Shown: positions 16,891 through 27,709 of the stretch, one piece after another
Position numbering within the stretch: position 1 is the first letter of the stretch
Layout of the letters: the number at the start of each line of letters is the position of its first letter
From: Paracoccaceae bacterium
Lineage (GTDB): Bacteria > Pseudomonadota > Alphaproteobacteria > Rhodobacterales > Rhodobacteraceae
DNA: 33,290 nucleotides
Assembly: GCA_003564655.1 (NCBI GenBank)
Contig: PXES01000334.1
Span: 1-33,290, forward strand
Direction: 5' to 3'
Made by a program: the position numbers and the translations under genes
The notes under the pieces: generated by a model
The model's input: the letters and a program-made list of their open reading frames with translations, nothing else
What the model was told of the DNA's origin: nothing
Database searches by the model: none

Positions 16891-18152
16891 CAGGCAACCA
16901 GCCGCGCGCTGAGCGAGGCGAGATAGGGCGCGCGCTCGATCGGGCCGTAAAGCGCCAGCGCCAGCCCGCCACTCGCAAGCAACTGCCCGGCATGGGCGCG
17001 CACCGCAGCCACATCGACTGCGTCGATGCGGGCGACGGACTCGGACAGGTCGGGCACGCGCCCCCAGATCGACAGCAGCTTGGCCAGCCGCTCGGCCCGC
17101 TGCGCCGGGCTCTCGAGTCCCATGAGCAGCCCGGCTTTCATCTGCGCGCGCGCACGCGCGACCTCGGCGTCTTCCATATCCTCGGCGGCGCGCTTGATCT
17201 CGTCGATGGTCAGGCAGGCCAGCGCGTCGATCTCATCGGCGCCTGTGCCGGCATAGACAGTGATCATGCCAGTGTCGCAATAGGCCCCGGACTGCGCAAA
17301 GACGGTGTAGCACAACCCGCGATCCTCGCGCAGGCGCTGGAACAGGCGCGAGGACATGCCCCCCCCGAGGGCTGCGGAAAACAACTGACTGGCGTAGAAA
17401 TCCGGTGCGCAGTAATCCGGCGCCTCGAGGGCGAGCGCGAAATGCGCCTGTTCCAGCCCACGCAATTCGCGCCGTTCACCACTTGCGAAGCGCGCGGCAG
17501 GAGCGACTGGCCGCGGGCGGGGGGCGAGATGCGCAAAGAGCGGCTCGGCCAGGCGGACCAGCGCGTCATGATCGACCGCACCGGCGGCGGACAGGATCAT
17601 CTGCCCCGGTCCGTAGTGCTCGGCCACGAAGCGGCGCAGATCGCCCGCGTCATAGCGCGCCACATCCGCCGACTGTCCCAGGATCGAGCGACCGATGGGT
17701 TGGTTCGGATAGGCGGCTTCCTGCAGCCAGTCGAAGATGATGTCATCGGGCGTGTCAAGGGCCTGCCCGATCTCTTGCAGGATCACGCTGCGCTCGACCT
17801 CGATCTCGCGCGTGTCGAAGGCGGGGTTGAGGACGATATCGGCGATCACGTCCAGCGCCAGCGCCAGGTCGGCGCGCAGCACTCTCGCATAATAGGCCGT
17901 CATCTCGCGCGAGGTGTAGGCGTTGATATAGCCGCCCACATCCTCGATCTCTTCGGCGATTTGCAGGGCGCTGCGTCGCGCGGTGCCCTTGAACGCCATA
18001 TGTTCCAGGAAATGCGCGACCCCGTTCTGCGTTGCTGTCTCGTGTCGCGCGCCTGCCTCGATCCACAGGCCGATGGCCGTGGAGTCGACGCCCGGCATCG
18101 TCTCGGTAACGATGCGCAGGCCGTTGGGCAGTGTCGTGACTTGCGCTGTCAT
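16890..18152 (-). CDS. M16 family (pitrilysin/MPP-like) zinc peptidase
   Basis: TTLPNGLRIV, HFLEH (HxxEH), NAYTSRE, LGGGMSSRLFQ; ATG at 18152 overlaps the thrC stop. Confidence 0.94.
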   Translation of the reverse strand: MTAQVTTLPNGLRIVTETMPGVDSTAIGLWIEAGARHETATQNGVAHFLEHMAFKGTARRSALQIAEEIEDVGGYINAYTSREMTAYYARVLRADLALALDVIADIVLNPAFDTREIEVERSVILQEIGQALDTPDDIIFDWLQEAAYPNQPIGRSILGQSADVARYDAGDLRRFVAEHYGPGQMILSAAGAVDHDALVRLAEPLFAHLAPRPRPVAPAARFASGERRELRGLEQAHFALALEAPDYCAPDFYASQLFSAALGGGMSSRLFQRLREDRGLCYTVFAQSGAYCDTGMITVYAGTGADEIDALACLTIDEIKRAAEDMEDAEVARARAQMKAGLLMGLESPAQRAERLAKLLSIWGRVPDLSESVARIDAVDVAAVRAHAGQLLASGGLALALYGPIERAPYLASLSARLVA

Positions 18153-19537
18153 GCGGGGATCCGCTCGCGAATCAGGGCCTGCACCGCGGCCAGATCGCCG
18201 GGCAGGCGGGTGACGCGCTCGGGCCGCTCGAAAAGGTCGGCCATGCGGGGGGGCAGGGCGGGGCGGGCGCCGGTTGCGGCCTCGACCGCGTCGGGGAATT
18301 TCGCCGGATGCGCAGTGGCAAGCGTGACCATCGGGGTTGCCGACAGATGCGCCTGCGCGACATGCACGCCCACTGCCGTATGCGGGCAAAGCACCTCTCC
18401 CGTCTCGCGCGCGGTCGCCGTGATGGTGGCGCGCGTCTCGTCCTCGGACGCCCGCCCCGAGGCGAAACTCTCGCGTAATGCCTCCAGCGCGCCCTGCCCG
18501 ATGCGGAAGCCACCGGTTTCCTTCAACTCACCCATCGCGCGCGCCACGGCGCTTCCGTCGCGGGCATAGGCATCGAACAGCGCGCGCTCGAAATTCGAGC
18601 TGACCTGGATATCCATCGACGGGCTGATCGAGGGGTACACTTCGTCGGTGACATAGCCGCCGCTTTCCATCGTGCGGTGCAGGATGTCGTTGTGGTTGGT
18701 CGCGATCACCAGCTTCTCGATGGGCAGCCCCATAGCGCGGGCGATGGAGCCCGCGTAGATATCGCCGAAATTGCCCGTCGGCACGGTAAAGCTGACCGGG
18801 CGGTGTGGCGCGCCCAGGGCCACCCCGGCGGTGAAGTAATAGACCACCTGCGCCAGAACCCGCGCCCAGTTGATCGAGTTCACCCCGGCAAGCGCCACCG
18901 CGTCGCGAAAGGCGAAATCGTTGAACATGTCCTTGACCAGCGCCTGGCAGGTGTCGAAATCGCCGTCGATGGCCAGCGCGTGGACGTTCTCTTCCGCCGG
19001 TGTCGTCATCTGGCGGCGCTGCACCTCGGAGATACGATCATGCGGGTAGAGGATGAAGACATCGACATTGCCCAGCCCGCGAAACGCCTCGATCGCCGCC
19101 GATCCGGTATCGCCCGACGTGGCCCCCACGATCGTTACACGCTGCCCCGACCGCGAGAGCGCGGCCTGGAAGAGCTGCCCGATCAACTGCATCGCGAAAT
19201 CCTTGAATGCGAGCGTCGGGCCGTGGAACAACTCCAGCAGGAAGTGATCGGGCGCAAGCTGCTTGAGCGGCGCCCGGGCGGGGTGGCCGAAGGCCGCATA
19301 GGCCGCGGCGATCAGTTCGTGCAGCGTCTCGTCGCCAAAGGCGCCGCCGATGAAGGGGCGCATGACCGCAAAGGCCTGATCCTCGTAGCTTTGCCCCGAT
19401 AGCCCGGCGATTTCGCCTGTGGTCAGGGGCGGCACATGCTCGGGCAGGTAGAGGCCGCCATCACGCGCCAGCCCCGTCAGCATGGTCGCCTCGAAATCGA
19501 GCACGGGGGCCGCGCCACGGGTGGAGATATAGTTCAT
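18149..19537 (-). CDS. thrC: Threonine synthase
   Basis: MNYISTRG, ELFHGPTLAFKD (PLP Lys), ATSGDTGSAA, NSINWAR, VPTGNFG, ATAHPAKF. Confidence 0.97.
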   Translation of the reverse strand: MNYISTRGAAPVLDFEATMLTGLARDGGLYLPEHVPPLTTGEIAGLSGQSYEDQAFAVMRPFIGGAFGDETLHELIAAAYAAFGHPARAPLKQLAPDHFLLELFHGPTLAFKDFAMQLIGQLFQAALSRSGQRVTIVGATSGDTGSAAIEAFRGLGNVDVFILYPHDRISEVQRRQMTTPAEENVHALAIDGDFDTCQALVKDMFNDFAFRDAVALAGVNSINWARVLAQVVYYFTAGVALGAPHRPVSFTVPTGNFGDIYAGSIARAMGLPIEKLVIATNHNDILHRTMESGGYVTDEVYPSISPSMDIQVSSNFERALFDAYARDGSAVARAMGELKETGGFRIGQGALEALRESFASGRASEDETRATITATARETGEVLCPHTAVGVHVAQAHLSATPMVTLATAHPAKFPDAVEAATGARPALPPRMADLFERPERVTRLPGDLAAVQALIRERIPA

Positions 19538-19546
19538 GTAACGTCC

Positions 19547-20230
19547 TCAGTCCGATTGCGTCCTGATACGCCACAGATAGAAGACTGTCACCCCCGCCCA
19601 TGCAACAGCCATGAGGAACCATTGCACGGCGTAACCGAAATGATTGTCCGGGATCGCAACCGCATCGACGGGGACGGGTGACACGCCGGGCAGCGGCTGC
19701 GTGCTCTCGCGCAGCACCAGCAGCACGGGCTCGGTGCCCAGCTGGTCGGCCAGCAGGTCGACATCGCGGGCGAAGTGCAGGTTGCGCTCGGCATCGGGCG
19801 CGGGCGTGAAGCGGTCGGCATCCTGCGGCCAGGGCAGGTTGCCGGTGACGCGGGCGGGGGCGTCCGGGTCATCGGGCAGACCAGGGCGCGTGTCCTCGCG
19901 CAGAAAGCCGCGTTCGATCAGGATGCGCCGGTCGTCGGCTGTTTCAAAGGCGGAAATCAGGTGAAAGCCCGGCCCTGCCGCGCGTTGTGCGGCCATGACA
20001 AAGCTGCGCTCGGGCATAAAGTGCCCGCTGACAGTGACGGGGCGATAGCGATCAGTGGTCGGATCGGGCAGATCGGGCAGGGGGACGGGGGCGTCGAACA
20101 GGCGCGCCTCCATCGCGGCGATGAGTTCGGCCTTCTCGTCGGCACGGTTCAGTTGCCAGACGCCCAGCGACACGAGGATGGCGCAGCCGATGATCCCGAA
20201 CAGTGCAGGCACGATCATCCGGCGCAGCAT
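19547..20230 (-). CDS. surf1: SURF1 family cytochrome oxidase assembly protein
   Basis: LGVWQLNR, ILIERGF, NHFGYAVQWF; located in the cox cluster. Confidence 0.93.
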   Translation of the reverse strand: MLRRMIVPALFGIIGCAILVSLGVWQLNRADEKAELIAAMEARLFDAPVPLPDLPDPTTDRYRPVTVSGHFMPERSFVMAAQRAAGPGFHLISAFETADDRRILIERGFLREDTRPGLPDDPDAPARVTGNLPWPQDADRFTPAPDAERNLHFARDVDLLADQLGTEPVLLVLRESTQPLPGVSPVPVDAVAIPDNHFGYAVQWFLMAVAWAGVTVFYLWRIRTQSD

Positions 20231-20272
20231 AGGGCCTCCGTCATGGTGTCAGGGGCGGGAATGCGACACGGG

Positions 20273-20295
20273 GCGCGGGCCCTTGCGGCCCGCGC
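20273..20295 (-). terminator. GC hairpin between ctaE and surf1 (terminator or mRNA-stability element)
   Basis: GCGCGGGCC/GGCCCGCGC 9-bp stem with 5-nt loop; no clear U tract. Confidence 0.4.
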
Positions 20296-20307
20296 GCACA
20301 AGGCGCG

Positions 20308-21111
20308 TCACATGCCCCAGATATAGACCGCGAAGAACAGGAACAGCCAGACCACATCGACGAAGTGCCAGTACCAGGCCGCGGCCTCGAAGCCGACATG
20401 GCGCTCGGCGGTGAAATGCCCGGCGCGCAACCGAAGCCAACAGACCGCCAGGAAAATCGTGCCGATGATCACATGCACCCCGTGAAAACCGGTCGCCATG
20501 AAGAAGTTGGCGTAGAACACGTCGCCCGAGAAGTCATAGCCGCGCTGGGTTATCAGGTAGAAATACTCGTAGCCCTGCAGAAAGGTGAAGGCGATCCCCA
20601 GCAGGATGCCGATGCCCAGCGTCACCTCGACCGTCTTGCGGTCGCCGTCATGGACAAGCTCGTGGTGTGCCCAGGTCACCATCGCGCCCGACAGCAGCAG
20701 GACCATCGTATTGATCAGCGGCAGGTCAAAGGCGTTCACTGCATAGATCGCGGGCTCTAGGTACTCGGTCCCGACATAGGTATACATCGGGTACATGGCG
20801 TGTTTGAAAAAGCTCCAGAACCACGCCGCGAAGAACATCACCTCGGAGATGATGAACAGGATGAAGCCGTAGCGCAGTCCGATCACGACGACCGGGGTGT
20901 GGTCGCCCGAATGCGACTCGATCACCATCTCGCGCCACCATTCAAACATCACATACAACACGCCGGCGAGACCCATCAGGAACAGCCAGGGGCCGTTGTC
21001 ATGCATCCACAGAACGGCCCCGAACAGCATCACGAAAGCCGAGACGGCCGCGACGAACGGCCAGATCGACGGGGGCAGGACGTGATAGTCGTGATTCTTG
21101 GCTCCGGCCAT
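20308..21111 (-). CDS. ctaE: aa3-type cytochrome c oxidase subunit III
   Basis: [44 protein letters not shown]. Confidence 0.97.
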   Translation of the reverse strand: MAGAKNHDYHVLPPSIWPFVAAVSAFVMLFGAVLWMHDNGPWLFLMGLAGVLYVMFEWWREMVIESHSGDHTPVVVIGLRYGFILFIISEVMFFAAWFWSFFKHAMYPMYTYVGTEYLEPAIYAVNAFDLPLINTMVLLLSGAMVTWAHHELVHDGDRKTVEVTLGIGILLGIAFTFLQGYEYFYLITQRGYDFSGDVFYANFFMATGFHGVHVIIGTIFLAVCWLRLRAGHFTAERHVGFEAAAWYWHFVDVVWLFLFFAVYIWGM

Positions 21112-21149
21112 GGCAGTAAATCCCTCGGGCTAGCGGGCTGGGGCCCGTC

Positions 21150-21731
21150 TCAGTTGGTTACGTCGGTTTCCGGTGCGACATAGTCGTCCGGGATATGGGT
21201 GGGGTGGAAGGTGTAGGACAGCGTGATCGTGTGGGTGTCGCGCGCCTCGCGATCGTCGAGGATGTCAGGATCGACGAAATAGGGGACCGGCATCATCACC
21301 GATTCGCCAGGTTGCAGCACCTGCAACTCGAAGCAGAAGCAGTCGATCTTGGTGAAGAAGCGTCCGGCCTCATAGGGGCTGACATTGTAGCTCGCCGTCC
21401 CGGCGATTGGCTCATCCGTCGGGTTGTAGGCCTCGTAGAAGGCTAGGCCGACCTCGCCAATCTGGATCTCAGCGGTACGCTCTTCGGGCCGGAATTCCCA
21501 CGGAAAGTCCCTTGCGACCGAGGCGTCGAAGCGAATGCGCATGGTTTCGTCAAGCACGACACCACGCGACTCGGCTGCCGTGTTGGTCGTCCCGCCATAG
21601 CCTGTCACGCGGCAGAACAGATCATAAAGCGGCACCGCCGCCCAGCCCATGCCAAACATGAATGTCACTACGGCCACTGCCTGTACAGTGGATTTCTGGA
21701 TACCGGTCAGTCTGTTCCAGGTTGCGATCAT
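21150..21731 (-). CDS. ctaG: Cytochrome c oxidase copper chaperone CtaG/Cox11
   Basis: AVPLYDLFCRVTGYGGT and KIDCFCF motifs. Confidence 0.96.
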   Translation of the reverse strand: MIATWNRLTGIQKSTVQAVAVVTFMFGMGWAAVPLYDLFCRVTGYGGTTNTAAESRGVVLDETMRIRFDASVARDFPWEFRPEERTAEIQIGEVGLAFYEAYNPTDEPIAGTASYNVSPYEAGRFFTKIDCFCFELQVLQPGESVMMPVPYFVDPDILDDREARDTHTITLSYTFHPTHIPDDYVAPETDVTN

Positions 21732-21928
21732 CTCTGCTGAAACCTCACATGGTCTGGGTCGAGTGCAGGGCGGTAAGTGTGGTCGAAGGCCTCGAGCGTC
21801 CCGCCCCCCTGCACCTTGGCAATGGTCAGCCCGAAGACGAGGCCGATGAACCCCACCAGCACGACAGCAAGGCCGATATTGCGCCCCGAGCGGCGCTGGT
21901 GCAGTTCGTGTTCGCGGGTGATCGGCAT
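21728..21928 (-). CDS. Small single-TM protein of the cox cluster (66 aa)
   Basis: EHELHQRRSGRNIGLAVVLVGFIGLVFGLTIAKV; overlaps both neighbours by stop/start coupling. Confidence 0.82.
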   Translation of the reverse strand: MPITREHELHQRRSGRNIGLAVVLVGFIGLVFGLTIAKVQGGGTLEAFDHTYRPALDPDHVRFQQR

Positions 21929-22902
21929 CAGAAAAGCTCCATCACGGGCAGATATGCGGCAAGCGTGGCGTAGGCGGGCAGATGCGCCAGGGCGGCTTCA
22001 ACCAGCAACGCCGCGAACAGCACGAACAGGTAGGACAGCGAAAAACGGAAGACGCGCTTTTCGGTCGCGTAGCTGTCGGCCTCGGCCTGCGCTTCATCAC
22101 GGCGCCAGATGGCCCATGCGCCCTGGACGAACCAGGCATTCATCACCAGCGCGGCCGCCAGATAGACCGGCCCGCCAATGCTGGTAAAGGCCGCCAGTAG
22201 CGCCACCGGTACCAGCGCCAGCGTGTAGACAAGAATATGCGCGCGGGTCGCGGCGCGGCCATGCGTGACTGTCAGCATCGGTACCCGCGCCTTGTGGTAG
22301 TCCGATTTCATGAACAGCGCCAGGGCCCAGAAATGCGGTGGCGTCCACATGAAGATCAGCCCGAACATCAGACAAGCCTCGAGGCTGACCGATCCGGTCA
22401 CCGCCCCCCAGCCGATCATGGGCGGAAAGGCCCCGGCCGCGCCCCCGATAACGATATTCTGCGGCGTGGCGCGCTTGAGCCACATGGAATAGACGACCGC
22501 ATAGAAGAAGATCGTGAACGCCAGAAGCCCCGCCGCCAACGCGTTTGTCGCCAGCCACAGCATGACGACCGCGATGCCCGACAGCGCCAGGCCCAGCGCC
22601 ATGGCCTCGTCCGGGGCGACCTTGCCTGCCGGGATGGGGCGCCTCGCAGTGCGCGCCATGACGCGGTCGATATCGGCGTCCCACCACATGTTCAGCGCCC
22701 CGGAGGCCCCTGCGCCCAGTGCGATGAAGATGATCGCCGCCAGTGCCTCGACCGGGTGCAGGCTGCCGGGCGCGACCAGCAACCCGGTCAACGCGGTAAA
22801 GACCACCAGCGACATGACCCGCGGCTTCAGAAGCGCGATGTAATCGCTGAACTCGGCCTCGCCCGGCGGGGCATAGCTGATATCGGTGCGCAGTTCGGTC
22901 AT
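21928..22902 (-). CDS. cyoE: Heme o synthase (protoheme IX farnesyltransferase, CtaB/CyoE)
   Basis: LLKPRVMSLVVFT, NMWWDADID..M.RT..RP, NIVIGGAAGAFPP, WTPPHFWAL. Start moved to the ATG at 22902. Confidence 0.96.
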   Translation of the reverse strand: MTELRTDISYAPPGEAEFSDYIALLKPRVMSLVVFTALTGLLVAPGSLHPVEALAAIIFIALGAGASGALNMWWDADIDRVMARTARRPIPAGKVAPDEAMALGLALSGIAVVMLWLATNALAAGLLAFTIFFYAVVYSMWLKRATPQNIVIGGAAGAFPPMIGWGAVTGSVSLEACLMFGLIFMWTPPHFWALALFMKSDYHKARVPMLTVTHGRAATRAHILVYTLALVPVALLAAFTSIGGPVYLAAALVMNAWFVQGAWAIWRRDEAQAEADSYATEKRVFRFSLSYLFVLFAALLVEAALAHLPAYATLAAYLPVMELF

Positions 22903-22939
22903 CAGGCGGGCTGACCCCTCACAGTCGGGAAGAACGGCC

Positions 22940-23815
22940 TTACTCGAAGGCGGCAACCTGGATGTGCTGCTGCATCCAGTCCGGTGCGCTGGCGAAATCG
23001 GCACCCTGCCGTTCAAGCCAGGCGATATACTCCTCTTCGCTCACCACCTTGACGGTGATCGGCATATAGGCGTGGTTGATGCCGCAGATTTCCGAGCACT
23101 GGCCGAAATAGATGCCCTCTTCCTCGGCGTTGAACCACAACTCGGCCAGGCGGCCGGGAATGCCGTCCTGCTTCACGCCGAAGGCGGGGATCGTCCAGGA
23201 ATGGATCACGTCGCCCGCCGTCACCTGCACGACGATGTCGCGGTTCGCGGGCACGACCATCGCGGTGTCGGTGGCCAGCAGATACAGATCATCCGTATAG
23301 CCGAAATCCTCCAGCTCGTCGCGGTCGAGCATGAATTGCGAGAACTGAATCCCGTGATCGACATACTCGTAATCCCAGTACCATTGCAGCCCGGTTACCT
23401 TGATGGTCACATCTGCCTCGGGCATCACCTGCTGGTGGCGCAGCGCCGGGAAGGTAAAGAGCGCGATGAACAGCAGGATGAGCGCGGGCACCACGGTCCA
23501 GGCAACTTCCAGCCGGGTGTTGTGTGTAAAGCGCGACGGTTCGGGGTTTGCCTTGCGGTTATGAAAGACGATCACCCAGATCAGAAGCGCCGTCACGAAG
23601 ATCGTGATCGGGATGATGATCCAGTTCAGCAGGTTGTCCAGAAAGACGACTTCGCGATGCAGCGCCGTCACCGGATTTTGCAGGCTCATCCCGCCCGGTT
23701 CGGGCGCGCCCAGCACCGGCAGTTCGGGCAGGAATTCATCGGCTGCAGCTTGCGTGGCCAGGCCGAGCGCGGCCAGGCTTGCGGACAGTGACGAAAGGGC
23801 TGGTGAAACTCGCAT
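22940..23815 (-). CDS. coxB: aa3-type cytochrome c oxidase subunit II (CtaC)
   Basis: Signal peptide, LEVAWTVVP, QWYWDYEY, DVIHSW, CuA motif CSEICGINHAYM. Start moved to the ATG at 23815. Confidence 0.97.
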   Translation of the reverse strand: MRVSPALSSLSASLAALGLATQAAADEFLPELPVLGAPEPGGMSLQNPVTALHREVVFLDNLLNWIIIPITIFVTALLIWVIVFHNRKANPEPSRFTHNTRLEVAWTVVPALILLFIALFTFPALRHQQVMPEADVTIKVTGLQWYWDYEYVDHGIQFSQFMLDRDELEDFGYTDDLYLLATDTAMVVPANRDIVVQVTAGDVIHSWTIPAFGVKQDGIPGRLAELWFNAEEEGIYFGQCSEICGINHAYMPITVKVVSEEEYIAWLERQGADFASAPDWMQQHIQVAAFE

Positions 23816-23974
23816 CCTACGTTCCCGTTTTCTGATCCGGCCTCGCTGGCCGACATTTGCAACGGACCCGTCGCATACGCATGGCATGCAGTGGAATCCC
23901 GTTGAGGTTTTGTCTGGTAAAACCATATTAGGGAATGCAGAACAAGCAAAACCGATGCGACACATTGCCATTTG

Positions 23975-23988
23975 TTGATGTGGATCAA
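23975..23988. promoter_or_regulatory. FNR-family (FnrL/FixK-type) binding site between coxB and tldD
   Basis: Perfect palindrome TTGAT-GTGG-ATCAA, 160 nt upstream of coxB. Confidence 0.85.
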
Positions 23989-24054
23989 CGACAAACTGGA
24001 ACCGTTTTCGCCGCGTCGCGGCAAGATGCGGCAGCCCGCAACGAAAGGCCCGTA

Positions 24055-25478
<1,424 letters not shown>

Positions 25479-25479
<1 letters not shown>

Positions 25480-25943
25480 TGGCCGCCTTCCGGTCCGCTC
25501 GGCGCGGCGACCGGCATTTGCGCTGGCATGATTGGCTGATTGCCTATGGTGTGGCGTGGCTGACATTCCTTGTGATCGGCTTGCTCCTTGTCCTGCCGCT
25601 GGTGACCTATCTGTTCAGCGGCGACGAACCGGGGCCGGTGCCACCCATCATCGAATCGGTTATGGATCTGACGGCTTTCGGCGCGGTCATTCTGAGTATT
25701 ACCTTTTTCAGGGCGTGGATGTTTCTGCCGTCGCTGCCGTTCCTGTGGCTTGCAATGCGGCTCGGCCTCGGCGGGTGGATAAGTTTCGTGCTTCTTGGCC
25801 TCGGCTATGCCTGTCTGGTCGTCCTGGTATTCGAGTACATGCCGTTTGACATCACCGCCGCAATGGCGCTTGCAGGCGCCCTCGTGGTGCGAACACTGCT
25901 TGGCTATGAGCGGCCAGAGGCCTTCATACCCATGCCGCGCTGA
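25479..25943 (+). CDS. Hypothetical multi-pass membrane protein (154 aa)
   Basis: ATG overlaps the tldD stop (TGATG); 4-5 hydrophobic segments; no family recognised. Confidence 0.7.
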
Positions 25944-26094
25944 CCGCGCCGCATGGGCTTGTTTCTGACCCTTTGCATGAGTGGCTGCATTTCGGGTCGA
26001 TTGTGAGCGTTGCGTCGGCGCCCACTGGCTGCCCGCATCGTCGGGAACCATTCAATTCTCTGGCACACAAAAATGCCCGGAAAGCGTCTGCTTC

Positions 26095-26110
26095 TTTACC
26101 TCGCCTTAAC
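26095..26110 (+). promoter_or_regulatory. CtrA-like binding site upstream of dprA
   Basis: TTTA-N7-TTAAC, one mismatch to TTAA-N7-TTAAC. Confidence 0.6.
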
Positions 26111-26152
26111 CATCCGGGTGCAGGTTGGGGGTGAATGAGGCGAGGCGATGGT

Positions 26153-27709
26153 ATGGCTAGAGATTTGTTTTCTTCTCACCCACCCTTCACCCCACCCACC
26201 ACGGAAGGAGACCGGTTGTGCTGGCTTCGTCTCATTCGCTCGCCCCGCGTGGGCGCGACGACCTTTCACCGCCTGCTGACCGAGCATGGCTCGGCCGCCG
26301 CCGCGCTCGACGCGCTGCCTGCAATTGCCCGCGCTGCCGGGGTCAGCGACTATGCGCCCTGCCCCCGCGACCGCGCCGCCGCCGAGATCGACCTCGCCCG
26401 TGCGAAGGGCGCCCGAATGCTGTGCCTCGGGACCGAGGCTTACCCCGCCAACCTCGCCCAGCTGGCCGACGCGCCGCCGGTGCTGTGGTGCATGGGTCAG
26501 CGCGCCCCGATCCTGCGGCCGATGGTGGCGCTGGTGGGCGCGCGCAACGCCTCGAGCCTGGGTACCCGCACGGCCCGCGCCCTCGCTGAAGGTCTGGGGC
26601 ACGAAGGGTATACCGTCGTCTCGGGCCTCGCCCGCGGGGTCGATGCGGCCGCCCATCATGGCAGCCTGCGCAGCGGCACCATCGCGGTCATGGCGGGCGG
26701 AGTGGATGTCGTCTACCCGGTCGAGAATGCAGTCCTCGCCGCCGCCATTGCCGATCAGGGGCTGAGGTTGTCGGAACAACCCATGGGCCTGCACCCGCAG
26801 GGCCGCCACTTTCCGCCGCGCAACCGGATCGTCTCGGGGCTGGCGCTGGCCGTCGTCGTGGTCGAGGCGGCGGAGAAATCGGGTTCGCTGATCACGGCGC
26901 GCGACGCGCTCGATCAGGGGCGCGAGATCATGGCCGTCCCCGGCCACCCGGTCGATGGCCGTGCGGGTGGGTGCAATCGCCTGATCCGCGAAGGGGCGAC
27001 ACTCGTGCGCCATGTCGAGGATGTGCTCGAGGGGCTGGCCCGCCTGCAGGACCCGCCCGTGGCACGCAATGACAACAGAGAGGCGCGTCTCCCGGACGAT
27101 AGGGCGCCAAGACCGCATGCGGCGCCGGATGATTCCGGGTCCGACCCTCGGCACACAAAGACGGCCCGCGCGCCGGATGGTCGAAAGGCGCCGCCTGGGC
27201 CTCGACGGTGCAGCGAAGCGGGGCAAGCAACGGGCGCCGGGTCCACGCAGACGCGAAAGACCAATTCAGCGCCGCCCGTGACAGCCGGTCAGGCATCCTC
27301 GCCGCGCCCGGCGTGCCCCAGCCAGTCCGGGTCGTACCCCACAGCCCCCGAGGTCGCGCGCCCGAAGCTTGACGCGTCGGCAGACGTGAGCGTCCCGTGC
27401 ACCGGGAACACGCCCGGGCCTCGGAATGGCACGCCCCGGGCGCTGGATGCGCCGTCCGCCGCACCCGGAAGGGTGGCCTCGCCCGACGCCAAGGGCCGAA
27501 ACCCCGCGCCGGACGTGCCGATGTCGGGCGAAACGGCCGAAGACTTGCAGCGCCGAATCCTCGACTGTCTGAGCGCGAGCCCGGTCGCCGAGGATCAGGT
27601 GATCCGCGATCTGGGCGTACCCGCCGCGACTGTGTCCCGCTCGCTCGTCCTGCTGGAGATAAGCGGTACCGTGCGCCGCCACCCCGGCGGGTTGGTAAGC
27701 CGCGGGTGA
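26153..27709 (+). CDS. dprA: DNA-processing protein DprA (Smf) with an unusually long linker
   Basis: LRLIRSPRVG, ALVGARNAS, VSGLARGVDAAAH, FPPRNRIVSGL, VVEAAEKSGSLITA, C-terminal winged helix (LLEISGTVRRHPGG). Start 26153 or 26135. Confidence 0.94.
   Translation: MARDLFSSHPPFTPPTTEGDRLCWLRLIRSPRVGATTFHRLLTEHGSAAAALDALPAIARAAGVSDYAPCPRDRAAAEIDLARAKGARMLCLGTEAYPANLAQLADAPPVLWCMGQRAPILRPMVALVGARNASSLGTRTARALAEGLGHEGYTVVSGLARGVDAAAHHGSLRSGTIAVMAGGVDVVYPVENAVLAAAIADQGLRLSEQPMGLHPQGRHFPPRNRIVSGLALAVVVVEAAEKSGSLITARDALDQGREIMAVPGHPVDGRAGGCNRLIREGATLVRHVEDVLEGLARLQDPPVARNDNREARLPDDRAPRPHAAPDDSGSDPRHTKTARAPDGRKAPPGPRRCSEAGQATGAGSTQTRKTNSAPPVTAGQASSPRPACPSQSGSYPTAPEVARPKLDASADVSVPCTGNTPGPRNGTPRALDAPSAAPGRVASPDAKGRNPAPDVPMSGETAEDLQRRILDCLSASPVAEDQVIRDLGVPAATVSRSLVLLEISGTVRRHPGGLVSRG

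Noticed and set aside
19547-23815. Absence of cytochrome oxidase subunit I from the cox cluster, and of tldE next to tldD
   Set aside because: A separate location for ctaD/coxA is the known arrangement in Rhodobacter and Paracoccus, and tldD/tldE are often unlinked; not anomalous.
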